Part shown: one piece after another, positions 38,526 to 48,128 of the stretch
How the letters are laid out: each line of letters starts with the position of its first letter
Numbering within the stretch: position 1 is the first letter of the stretch
From: a virus
Taxonomy: Duplodnaviria > Caudoviricetes
Length of the DNA stretch: 64,000 nucleotides
Virus record (IMG/VR): IMGVR_UViG_2617270876_000003
Coordinates: 96,001-160,000 of that record
Strand: one strand, 5' to 3'
Position numbers and translations under genes: made by a program
The notes under the pieces: model-generated
What the model saw: only the letters and a program-made list of their open reading frames with translations
The model's database searches: none
What the model was told of the DNA's origin: nothing

Positions 38526-39567
38526 TCATTTTTTTGGCGCTTAACTTTAACTGCATAAGCACCCCACCCTTTTGACTCATTATCAATTCCAGGAACTCTT
38601 CTCTATTCAATTCGTTAAAAATATCATTAGATATTTCATTCTCAAAGCGCAAACTTGGGCTGTTAGACAAATCTTTATGACTGTGTTGATAATGCTCAAA
38701 GTAAGTATCAAAACTGGAATGTCCTAGTTGATCCTTAATTTCTTCAATCTTTCCACCACTCTCTTCAATCCAGCCAGCCATAACATTTCTCAAACTGTGG
38801 GGAACAACTTTTTTACCACCATTGAATTCAAAATGCTCGTTTATATCGTCAAACATGTTCTGAATCGTAGTCTTACTTAAATGAAATACTTTGTTATCAT
38901 TGTAGCGCCGATAATATTTCTGTTCTTTAATCTGAAGTAATTCATTATAAAACTCTTCGGAGATTGGTTGAACTCTTTCTTTGTCACCTTTATCAATTAC
39001 GGTTACTTCGTAATAATCATGATAGGGATGTTTCTTAATATCATCCCACCCAATGTTTAATATGGCACTTTTACGGAATGAAGTTGTATACCCCATTCTA
39101 ATAAAAGCAGCTTTCTCAAGTCCCTTACTCCGTGTGTTTTTAACAAAGTCACGAATCTCCTTAGCTTCCTGATCATTCATCTCACCATGTTTATTTGATT
39201 TCGCTTTGAGAAAATCAACCTTAACATGTTGGGCATTAATTGGATAACCGTTAACTTCAAGAAATTCATACAGGCTGAAAATTGCTGACAAATACTTATT
39301 GATTGTTCTAGGTGCGTAATTATATCCCGTTTCCAAGAAATCTTGATATCTAATAATTATAGAGTTTTTTACCTGGATGTCATCTTCAGTTAATTTATTA
39401 ATGTCTTTGTCTTTATACCATCTAAAAAACATTTTTAGTCCGCGTTCGTAAACATCTGCCGTAGATTCATTTTTTTTCTTACATTTCAATAAGAAAGCTT
39501 GGATGTCTTCGTACACAGATCCTTTATGTAATCCAGTCACATTATACTTATTAATTGCTGCTTCCAT
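38500..39567 (-). CDS. Tyrosine recombinase (SPbeta YopP-like)
   Basis: Catalytic residues R (SFRKS), K (DKG), HSLR, LGH and Y (EHYQH) all present. Confidence 0.85.
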   Translation of the reverse strand: MEAAINKYNVTGLHKGSVYEDIQAFLLKCKKKNESTADVYERGLKMFFRWYKDKDINKLTEDDIQVKNSIIIRYQDFLETGYNYAPRTINKYLSAIFSLYEFLEVNGYPINAQHVKVDFLKAKSNKHGEMNDQEAKEIRDFVKNTRSKGLEKAAFIRMGYTTSFRKSAILNIGWDDIKKHPYHDYYEVTVIDKGDKERVQPISEEFYNELLQIKEQKYYRRYNDNKVFHLSKTTIQNMFDDINEHFEFNGGKKVVPHSLRNVMAGWIEESGGKIEEIKDQLGHSSFDTYFEHYQHSHKDLSNSPSLRFENEISNDIFNELNREEFLELIMSQKGGVLMQLKLSAKKMIENKEDEE

Positions 39568-39626
39568 TACAAATCCCTCCTTTTAATTGATAGTTCTTAT
39601 TAATCATTATCCCTTTCGGTATCTTC

Positions 39627-39698
39627 ATTATACATCGTTGGATTAATAAAGTAAATATAAATAGTTTCTTGACTTATTGAATAGTTGTGTGGTATATT
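39627..39698. promoter_or_regulatory. Divergent sigmaA promoters (recombinase operon versus RNAP operon) with a repeat element between them
   Basis: TTGACT 39669 ... TG-TATATT 39693 on plus; TATAAT on minus at 39632-39627; TAAAGTAAATATAAATA between. Confidence 0.65.
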
Positions 39699-39762
39699 TT
39701 AGATACAGAGATAAAGCATCTCTGAATAAAAAAATCTGAGAGGACGAAATGGTACATACATA

Positions 39763-40032
39763 ATGATCAATAACAAACTACAAAAGGAAAGACAGAAGCA
39801 TCGTAGAAATCTACAGGAACTATATTATGATGGAGAGGCTGAGTATATTGATGAAAGATATGTTTCACTGGAATTACTGCAAGGAGATGAGGATTGTGTT
39901 GAGTATTTAGATAGTAAATATACATATGATGATGAAATAATTCGGCTTAAGAATGGAGCCAATAAGGGGAAGTTTTATCGGGAACCATATAAATTAGAAA
40001 GCAATGCATTTGAGAAAATCCCTAATAAGTAA
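39763..40032 (+). CDS. Hypothetical protein
   Basis: First ORF of the plus-strand operon. Confidence 0.6.
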   Translation: MINNKLQKERQKHRRNLQELYYDGEAEYIDERYVSLELLQGDEDCVEYLDSKYTYDDEIIRLKNGANKGKFYREPYKLESNAFEKIPNK

Positions 40033-40059
40033 AAATACATATCAAAGGAATGATATTAA

Positions 40060-40368
40060 TTGAAAAATTTTAAAGTTTCGTCGTTAGAAGATGCACTAGT
40101 CGTATTGGAATATGCAAAAGAATATGATAAACAAGTAAGTTTGGCTGGTGGATATGATAATGAAACAGACGGTGAAGAATATGCTTTTTATATTCAGGAA
40201 AACTTCATAAGTAAAGTCTATGAATTCTTTTATGGTCTAGAACAAATTACAGATGAAAGTATTTTTAAAGCAGACATCTTTACAATGACAATGTGGGACT
40301 ACATCACAGATAGAATTAATCTAGAAGAACTATTGGTCTTTTTTAAGGAAGAAGAATTAATTAAATAA
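40060..40368 (+). CDS. Hypothetical acidic protein
   Basis: ORF with AAGGA RBS. Confidence 0.65.
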   Translation: MKNFKVSSLEDALVVLEYAKEYDKQVSLAGGYDNETDGEEYAFYIQENFISKVYEFFYGLEQITDESIFKADIFTMTMWDYITDRINLEELLVFFKEEELIK

Positions 40369-40383
40369 GGAGGATATAGTTTA

Positions 40384-43161
40384 TTGACTAAGCATTCAAC
40401 AAGTTTAAAATACATACTTAAAATTAATTCATCGACCCTACGTAAAGCCAAATGGGATTATAAAATAAGTTTAGAAGATGCTCTTGAAAATGATGAAATT
40501 GTCTCCCTTGCCGATAGTTCAGTGCTTCGTTTCATAAAGGAGATTGAGTACAAAGAATCTGAAGAAAAAAACAATATTGAAGATCAAATTGATGAACTAA
40601 AAAATTATATTAAAAAATTAAAGAAAAGCAATAATACACCTGAAAATAGAAAACAAATAAAGTCTCTATATTCAAAATTAAATAATCTAAAATATTTTCC
40701 AAAATACATATGTGTAGTCATTGATAAAATTTCTGATTTTGACCGGATGAATAGAAAAAAGGGGTTTTACATCAATGGATTTAAATTCAAACGACTATTG
40801 GCAACAACTGGAGGTGCAAAGAATAGTACAGTCGTATATATACAAGAAGACATATATGACGAGATAACCAAAAGAATTGATAATGGCAGAAACAAAGAAA
40901 AACCAATAGTTCCTGCAAAACTCGAAGCATATAAGGCTCTTGCTTGTAGCGCTAGCGTTCCAGTGTCTAATCCAAATGGAATTATAGTGATCGATGATTG
41001 TTTAACGGAATTTTACGAAGATGTTATTAGGATATATGACGAAAAAGATATCATCTATCCAAAAGTAGAGGAAGTAAAAAATTATAAACTAGAGAATAAC
41101 GCAAGCGATGGATTCGGTTTGGCTATGCCATCACTAACGTCGCGTTGGAACAAAGAACTTGGCAATAAATATATACCAAGTGGCTTATGTATAAGAGGAA
41201 GTTTCTTAAAGGGAATGGTTTTTACATTCGATTTTAAAAAATTCGCAGCACAAATAGCTGAAAAAGATACGGTAGTTGATATTTGGGGAACCCCAAGAAA
41301 TATTAATGATGCAGAATTGATACTAACATCTTCTATGCTCAAACTATGGAATTCCTATGAAAGTCTTGAACATTATTTGAGTTGCTGTGACGAAAATAAG
41401 TATACATTTAGTGTAACGAAGGTTTCTCCTGAACAATTGGAAAATCAGAGAAATTTAAACTATCAATTCATTCAATCGTTTGATCTTGATGATCAGCAGA
41501 TTGATGAATTGATTAAACCGACTGTAGATATGCTAAAAGACTCTCTAGGAAACGATCATATGAAGTCCCTTTTGTTTCTTAAAGGAAATCATCTAGCAGA
41601 CAATAACATCATGAGCGGGAAGTATGATTTTTCTATGGCTCTCATGGCTGATAAAAGAATGATAGATGATCCATTTGTGAAAAATCGAATTCATGACATG
41701 CTAGAAAAAAGAATTGACGATGCTAAAAAAGGAGATTTGATCGTAGACGGTAATTTCAGTATTGTATCTGGAGACCCCTACACCCTCTGTCAAAGCATGT
41801 TTGGACTTAAAAAAACAGGGTTGTTGAATAAAGGAGAATACTATAATAGTTATTGGAATAAAAAAGGAGTTAAGCAAGTAGTGGCATTTAGAGCACCAAT
41901 GACATTACATAATAATATACGTGTATTGGATTTAGTTAATGAAGAATCAGTAAATGAATGGTATAAATATATGAATACAGTAACGATAATTAATTCATTT
42001 GACTCTACAGCCAGTGCTCTAAACGGTATGGATTTCGATGCGGACATGGTATTAACTGTTAACAATCAGATAATTAAAGATTCTGTTAAGAGATTAAAGC
42101 CAATTATCTGTACTCAAAATGTCGCCGATAAAAAAGTTCCAACCGAAGCGGATTTAATTAAAGCAAATAAACTATCATTCGGCGATGAAATTGGTTCAGT
42201 TACAAACAGAGGAACGGCAATGTATGATGTTTTAGCAAAGTTTGATAAGAATAGTAAAGAATACGACGAGATAATGTATCGTATAACCTGTGTGCAACAT
42301 TTTCAACAAAATGCTATTGATAAGACAAAGGGAATTGAAAGCAAGCCAATGCCAAAAGAGTGGTATGACGGTAAATTTAACACAAAATTAGAAGTGGCCG
42401 AGTCCATAAAAGGATTTAATAATTCTATATTGGCAGATAAGAAACCATATTTCTTCATATATATTTACCCTCATATCATGAAGAACTATAAGAGATATAT
42501 TGCAAATAACAACACAAATTGTAACTACAGATTTGGTATTTCTCTCAAACAATTGATTAATAAAAACAATAAATCTCAAGAAGAGGATTGTTTCATCCAG
42601 AATTATTTAGATAATATGCCTGTGTCAATGGCAAATTCAACAATGAATAAGATTTGCTGGAGAATAGAGGACGAATTTAAATTAAATTCTCGAAAAATAA
42701 AAAAAGAACCATTCGATTACAAGATTATGAAGTCTAACAAGTTTTATGATAAGGATTCAAAGAGGAAAGTTTCAAATCTGTATCTCGAACATAATGAAAA
42801 AATACAAATACATATGAGAAAAATTAAAAGTGACAGAGAAGACGAAGAGACAAAGGCGGAAAAAAGACAAAGATTTATAAGCGAGTTCAAGAAAAAAGCA
42901 CTATCTATTTGTAATGACATCGAAGAACTTACAAATATTATCTTAGATATTTGTTATAAAGATAATAGCAAAAGAACAAAACAGTTTGCATGGGATGTAT
43001 GTGGAGAACAGATAATTCGAAATCTTTTGAAAAATAATGGTGGCAAATTGATATATCCAGTTCAAGATGAATATGGAGATATTAATTATGGAGGATTGAA
43101 GTTTAAAGAAAGTGAAAAAATCTGCGAAGAGGATGATTTTATTGAATTTGGTTTTGAATGA
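40384..43161 (+). CDS. yonO: YonO-like single-subunit phage RNA polymerase (RdRP-like double-psi-barrel)
   Basis: SDGFGL, IRGSFLKG, FRAP and GMDFDADM catalytic motif, AIDKTKG; synteny with HU and terminase as in SPbeta. Confidence 0.8.
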   Translation: MTKHSTSLKYILKINSSTLRKAKWDYKISLEDALENDEIVSLADSSVLRFIKEIEYKESEEKNNIEDQIDELKNYIKKLKKSNNTPENRKQIKSLYSKLNNLKYFPKYICVVIDKISDFDRMNRKKGFYINGFKFKRLLATTGGAKNSTVVYIQEDIYDEITKRIDNGRNKEKPIVPAKLEAYKALACSASVPVSNPNGIIVIDDCLTEFYEDVIRIYDEKDIIYPKVEEVKNYKLENNASDGFGLAMPSLTSRWNKELGNKYIPSGLCIRGSFLKGMVFTFDFKKFAAQIAEKDTVVDIWGTPRNINDAELILTSSMLKLWNSYESLEHYLSCCDENKYTFSVTKVSPEQLENQRNLNYQFIQSFDLDDQQIDELIKPTVDMLKDSLGNDHMKSLLFLKGNHLADNNIMSGKYDFSMALMADKRMIDDPFVKNRIHDMLEKRIDDAKKGDLIVDGNFSIVSGDPYTLCQSMFGLKKTGLLNKGEYYNSYWNKKGVKQVVAFRAPMTLHNNIRVLDLVNEESVNEWYKYMNTVTIINSFDSTASALNGMDFDADMVLTVNNQIIKDSVKRLKPIICTQNVADKKVPTEADLIKANKLSFGDEIGSVTNRGTAMYDVLAKFDKNSKEYDEIMYRITCVQHFQQNAIDKTKGIESKPMPKEWYDGKFNTKLEVAESIKGFNNSILADKKPYFFIYIYPHIMKNYKRYIANNNTNCNYRFGISLKQLINKNNKSQEEDCFIQNYLDNMPVSMANSTMNKICWRIEDEFKLNSRKIKKEPFDYKIMKSNKFYDKDSKRKVSNLYLEHNEKIQIHMRKIKSDREDEETKAEKRQRFISEFKKKALSICNDIEELTNIILDICYKDNSKRTKQFAWDVCGEQIIRNLLKNNGGKLIYPVQDEYGDINYGGLKFKESEKICEEDDFIEFGFE

Positions 43162-43933
43162 GAAAAAATACATAGAAGAAATTAGTAATGGAACGATTAC
43201 GGATGATATTTTAACTACAACAATTAGATGCTTAATCAAGAATTATGTAATTGAAGGAAAAAGTAAAAATGAAATTGTTTGTTTGGTTGAAGAATACCTT
43301 TCCAGTAGACTAAAGCAAAAATACAAATCTAAAAAATGGGAGTCTTATATCACAAAGACAGTTGGTTCCGTTTTTAAACAAAAGAAAAGTTATGAAAAAG
43401 AAGAGAAAGAATTTCAATTAAATGAGATTGATTGTATTAAGGTCTCATTTTCTGAGTTAGAAAAAATCAAATTAATTGAAAATATAAGCGCAGAGAAAAT
43501 TGCATTTGTTTTGCTGGTATGTGGGAGAATTAATCAGCAATTGAGCAAAGATAATAAAATCGGAACATATTGCAATAGAGAATTTTTTAAAGATTGCGGC
43601 CTCTCCTTCTCTAACGCAAATAGAAATCTAATAAACCATCTAAAACAATTAGGATATGCACAACCATCAAGCAATAATCAGTCTTCATTTGTTGAAATTC
43701 TTATTGCTGATATAGAATACGGAGATAATGAAGGAATTGTTGTTGATGATTTTAGAGACTTTGTATTGATTTATGAAAAATGGATTGGTGAAAAAATCGG
43801 GAAATGTGGATGTGGAGGTCTGATTAAACTAACAAGTGGCAACAAACGAATGTGTAATATATGTTGGAAAGAGCACCGAAAGGGAAAAAATAGAGAAAAA
43901 GCATTGAGATATTATAATAAAAATAAGCATTAA
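43112..43933 (+). CDS. Hypothetical DNA-binding protein with C-terminal Zn ribbon
   Basis: CGCG...CNIC and basic tail; overlaps the RNAP gene. Confidence 0.65.
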   Translation: MKKSAKRMILLNLVLNEKKYIEEISNGTITDDILTTTIRCLIKNYVIEGKSKNEIVCLVEEYLSSRLKQKYKSKKWESYITKTVGSVFKQKKSYEKEEKEFQLNEIDCIKVSFSELEKIKLIENISAEKIAFVLLVCGRINQQLSKDNKIGTYCNREFFKDCGLSFSNANRNLINHLKQLGYAQPSSNNQSSFVEILIADIEYGDNEGIVVDDFRDFVLIYEKWIGEKIGKCGCGGLIKLTSGNKRMCNICWKEHRKGKNREKALRYYNKNKH

Positions 43934-44081
43934 ATATAACTTTACCACTTTATTATGGTCAAAAAACCCTTATAAACATTGACTTTTTTAACGATTTTTT
44001 AAAAACGCTAATAGGGAAGAATAAAATAATTATTTTCCCCTATTTATCAATAAAAAACTAATCTAAGGGAGCAATTTAAAC

Positions 44082-44402
44082 ATGAATAAAACAGATCTTA
44101 CAAATGAAGTTGTAACAAAAACAGGACTACAAAAGAAGGATGCTGAAGCAGCAGTAAATGCAGTATTTGAAACTATTGCTGGCGCTCTTGCTGAAGGCGA
44201 TAAAGTTGCAATTTTTGGATTTGGAACCTTCGAAACTCGTGAACGTGCTGCTCGACCAGGTATCAACCCAAAACTTCTAGCACAACTAAAAGAGCAAGGT
44301 GTAGATGCTGAAACTGCAAAAGAACAAGCAACTATTCAAATCGATGCATCTAAGGCTCCTGCTTTCAAGCCAGCAAAAGCGCTGAAGAATGCAATTAAAT
44401 AA
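44082..44402 (+). CDS. HU-family DNA-binding protein (YonN-like)
   Basis: MNKTDL...GFGTFE.RERAAR.G.NP...[10 protein letters not shown]. Confidence 0.92.
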   Translation: MNKTDLTNEVVTKTGLQKKDAEAAVNAVFETIAGALAEGDKVAIFGFGTFETRERAARPGINPKLLAQLKEQGVDAETAKEQATIQIDASKAPAFKPAKALKNAIK

Positions 44403-44528
44403 TCTAATCAAACAATAATTTTATCGTAAATATACATATACCGAAACTCTATTAGCTTTAGCTAATCTGATGCCTGCATTACCGAGGGGATTACACTCCC
44501 CTCCCCAACTCTACCTTGAAAGGTACAT

Positions 44529-45182
44529 ATGCCTATGCCATTACCGAAAGATAATTTATTATTTGGTTTTGCATCAAAATTGACTGACGAACAAAAGAAA
44601 TATGTTGATTCTATCTTTGACAATCTCCTTACAATAGTTAATGCGAAAAGTGGTACAGGCAAGACAACACTGGCCGTTGCTTGTTCATATCTCTTGAAGA
44701 AGCCATTAATTTATATCTTTTCTCCAGTGATGGAAGGTTCTATGGGATTTCGACCGGGAACACAGGAAGAAAAGGAAATAGAATATATAACACCACTTAA
44801 AGATGCTTTGCTAAAGATTAATATGGACCCGAATAGAGCAATCTTTAGTGAGCTTAATCAGGATAACCGAAACAAAGAAGCGTGGGTGTTTCCGCGCTCT
44901 CATATCTTTGCAAGGGGAACAAATATTGAGGATTGTACAGTGATCATAGACGAGTGTCAGAATTTTACAAAATCCGAGATTCGCAAAATATTAACACGCA
45001 TTCATGACAATTGTACTGTAATTATGATTGGACATACTGGACAAATCGATCTTAAAAACCACAATGACAGTGGGTTTGCACCATACATAGAACATTTTAG
45101 AGATAAAGATTATGCAGAGGTTTGTGAGTTAACTCATAATTTTAGAGGCAAATTGGCAAATGATGCAGATGAATTGATTTAA
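44529..45182 (+). CDS. phoH: PhoH-like ATPase
   Basis: AKSGTGKT, GFRPGT, RGTN, IIDECQN, LTR and GHTGQID motifs. Confidence 0.88.
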   Translation: MPMPLPKDNLLFGFASKLTDEQKKYVDSIFDNLLTIVNAKSGTGKTTLAVACSYLLKKPLIYIFSPVMEGSMGFRPGTQEEKEIEYITPLKDALLKINMDPNRAIFSELNQDNRNKEAWVFPRSHIFARGTNIEDCTVIIDECQNFTKSEIRKILTRIHDNCTVIMIGHTGQIDLKNHNDSGFAPYIEHFRDKDYAEVCELTHNFRGKLANDADELI

Positions 45183-45210
45183 CATATTATTAAAAGGAGC
45201 AAAAATACAT

Positions 45211-45393
45211 ATGGCAAAACGGAATAATTCCATTCAATTTAAGGGACTACTTAATACCGAAGCAATGGAGATTCTTGAAGAGGATAAAAACGGTTCGGCA
45301 ACATATGATCTTCTTGAAGAGTTGAAGTTCTATGATGGAAAAAATGTAACAATCTCTATTAAAGAGGATCTGCCAGTCCTTCCGAAGGAGTGA
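45211..45393 (+). CDS. YonK-like protein
   Basis: MAKRNNSIQFKG...YDL...FYDGKNVTISIKE; SPbeta synteny. Confidence 0.65.
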   Translation: MAKRNNSIQFKGLLNTEAMEILEEDKNGSATYDLLEELKFYDGKNVTISIKEDLPVLPKE

Positions 45394-45397
45394 TTGA

Positions 45398-46618
45398 ATG
45401 AATCATTCCAATATAGAATTACAACGTAAATCATCCGAATCATTGGATGATTTTTTAATTCGCCTGGGAGATAATCTCGATGTTTATGATTTAACTTGGA
45501 CTGAAGCTGCCGACATTCTAAATAAAGAATCCGATGAGGAGTATTCTGAATCACGTTGGCGCAAACGTTACAAAACTTATGTGGAGTTCAAACCAATCAT
45601 TCTAGCCAAATACGCGAATAACGAAGTTGTTCAGGAAATTCAAGACTCAACATTGGAACAACGAAAAGAGCGTTATAAACTCCAGGCTGAAAAAGTTGAA
45701 TACAACAAACTTCTACGTGAACATGCTAGAGCAGATTTGCTTGAAGAAAAAATTGTTGAAGCCGTTGAGAAACGTCCAACAATTACTGTTCCACAAATAC
45801 ATATTAAGAAGAATAACTCAAAACGAAATTTCCTCCTCCCCATCACAGATATCCACGATGGCGTTCAGTTCTGTTTACGTGGTTGGGAAAATGAGATTCT
45901 TAATGAATACTCTCCCGAAATTATGGAAAAACGCATGTGGAAGTTGTTTGAGGCGTTTGTTTCTATCAATGACGAACTTAAAATCAACCACGTTACTTTA
46001 CCAAATCTAGGCGATAGTGTTGATGGAATCCTCCGTATGAGCCAACTCATGGGATTGAAACTTGGTGTTGTTGATTCTTCTATCCACTTTGCTGAATTTA
46101 TGAGTCAATGGCTTAATGAATTGTCTAAATATTGCGTAGTTGATTATTACTCAATTTTCGGTAACCACGACCAACTTCGTCTACTCACTGGTAAACGCGA
46201 TGAATTCCCAAATGAGAATGCTCAACGTTGGATCACTAAGTTAATCGAAGCCAACCTTCGTAATAACAAGAATGTGACAGTGAATAACTGTAATGAGTTT
46301 ATGTATCTAGACATTCTAGGGACGAAAGTTCTTGGGGTTCATGGCGAAAACGAACGTAATCTTGAGCAAAGTATTAAGGATTACTCAATGATTTATGGTA
46401 AGAGAGTCGATCTGCTTATTTCGGGACATTATCATCATGCACATGAAAAAACTATTGGAATGTCTCAAGGAAAAGACATAGAACATGTACAACTACCCTC
46501 TATTATTGGTATCGATGATTATTCTCTAAAGATTAAGAAAACTGCCAATCCAGGATCTAAAGTTATGGTCATGGAAGAAGGAAAAGGTAGAACAATTACA
46601 TATAACATTAAACTATAA
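45398..46618 (+). CDS. Metallophosphoesterase (YonJ-like)
   Basis: TDIHDG, LGDSVDG, GNHD, VHG and SGHYHH motifs. Confidence 0.8.
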   Translation: MNHSNIELQRKSSESLDDFLIRLGDNLDVYDLTWTEAADILNKESDEEYSESRWRKRYKTYVEFKPIILAKYANNEVVQEIQDSTLEQRKERYKLQAEKVEYNKLLREHARADLLEEKIVEAVEKRPTITVPQIHIKKNNSKRNFLLPITDIHDGVQFCLRGWENEILNEYSPEIMEKRMWKLFEAFVSINDELKINHVTLPNLGDSVDGILRMSQLMGLKLGVVDSSIHFAEFMSQWLNELSKYCVVDYYSIFGNHDQLRLLTGKRDEFPNENAQRWITKLIEANLRNNKNVTVNNCNEFMYLDILGTKVLGVHGENERNLEQSIKDYSMIYGKRVDLLISGHYHHAHEKTIGMSQGKDIEHVQLPSIIGIDDYSLKIKKTANPGSKVMVMEEGKGRTITYNIKL

Positions 46619-46679
46619 ATAATGTTTCGGTAAGCACACTACAGAGTGGGCCACTGCCTCATTTAAGGAGGCGTTACAA

Positions 46680-47021
46680 CTGACATTTGAAGAATATTTA
46701 GAAGGCGAGCCAGAAGAGGAACGAGACATTCCCTCCTCTTTTCTTTCTGATGAAGATATTGCATCAGAGACAAATGTTGTTATCATTCCTAACCTAAAAA
46801 TTGATTTAGAGTTACAACTCGACAACTATATTTCAATCATAGAAAAAATTAAAACAAAAAATGAACTCAAAGATATATTGAAAAAACTTTGGGAACATGC
46901 TTATACACATGGTTCAATAATGGAGCGTATTGATAGACTTCAAAGTGAAGTCGAAATGTTGCGATATGATTTAGGAGATATAGACTTTGAAATTGAATTT
47001 GTTGACGGTGAAGAAGATTAA
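46680..47021 (+). CDS. Acidic hypothetical protein (113 aa, CTG start)
   Basis: AAGGAGG RBS 8 nt before CTG; open frame to TAA 47019-47021; absent from the ORF track. Confidence 0.6.
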   Translation: MTFEEYLEGEPEEERDIPSSFLSDEDIASETNVVIIPNLKIDLELQLDNYISIIEKIKTKNELKDILKKLWEHAYTHGSIMERIDRLQSEVEMLRYDLGDIDFEIEFVDGEED

Positions 47022-47210
47022 GAAAATAAAAAGAACTTCTAAGGTGACTATTTATTCTAATCGCCTTTTTTCTTGTTTTTATTTTCATGGGGAGACTCTG
47101 CTGCAAGGGTCTTTAAACAGGTTACGACTCCCTCCTACCCCATGTATTTATTATCAAATAGGAGTTTTATCAAGAATTCAGGAAATGTTCTTCTATAAGA
47201 AGGTGAAATA

Positions 47211-48128
47211 TTGGCTGTAAAAAAACAGGTAAATAAAACAGAAGACAACAAAATAAAGTGCCTAAATTGTGGAAAGTATAAAGCAGTAATATCATTTTAT
47301 ATGAATACCAACCATTTATTTTCTTCAGATAAATTTGAAGTATGTAAAGACTGCCTAAAGAATTCTATAGGCGCAAAGGATTCAGATGGTTATTTAGATC
47401 GAGTAATGCAAGTGTTGGCAACTATGGATAAACCTTTTCTTCAAAATATATGGGAATCAAGCAATGAGGATTGGTCTAAATATATTATCCAAATATCATC
47501 ACTATCTCAACACAAAGGCAAAAAATTCTCAGATAGCATTATAAGACAATCGAATTCCATTAGTTATGAATACCTTGACCAGATCAACGAAGAATTTGAA
47601 CTCACTCAAGAAGAAATTTCTCAGTTACAGTTGAAGTGGGGAAAAAAAGGATTTGATGTTGAGGACTACATATTTTTAGAAAATGAATATCATACATGGA
47701 TTAATTCTTATGAATGTGATTCATATGCTATGGAAATGCTATTTCAGGAAATTTCTCACAAACGTTTAGAAATTAAAAAACTTAGAGAATCTGGAAAGTC
47801 TACAGACAAAGAAATGAAAACACTTCAAGACTTATTGGGATCATCAAATATCAAGCCTGTTCAGGAGACAGGTGCAAATGCAACAGAACAAGCTACATTT
47901 GGGACATTAATAAAAAAGTATGAAAATGAACGTCCAATTCCTGAACCTGATCCAGTATGGAAAGATGTAGATGGAATTAAAAAATACATACAGGTATGGT
48001 TTTTTGGTCATTTATGTAAAATGCTTGGGATTAACAATGACTACTCTCAAATGTATGAAGATGAGTTAAAGAAATACACTGTTGATACACCAGATTTCAC
48101 CTCAGAAAATGAAGATGGTTCATTATGA
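47211..48128 (+). CDS. Putative terminase small subunit (YonG-like)
   Basis: N-terminal CxxC..FY..CKDC; [17 protein letters not shown]; directly precedes the large subunit. Confidence 0.65.
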   Translation: MAVKKQVNKTEDNKIKCLNCGKYKAVISFYMNTNHLFSSDKFEVCKDCLKNSIGAKDSDGYLDRVMQVLATMDKPFLQNIWESSNEDWSKYIIQISSLSQHKGKKFSDSIIRQSNSISYEYLDQINEEFELTQEEISQLQLKWGKKGFDVEDYIFLENEYHTWINSYECDSYAMEMLFQEISHKRLEIKKLRESGKSTDKEMKTLQDLLGSSNIKPVQETGANATEQATFGTLIKKYENERPIPEPDPVWKDVDGIKKYIQVWFFGHLCKMLGINNDYSQMYEDELKKYTVDTPDFTSENEDGSL

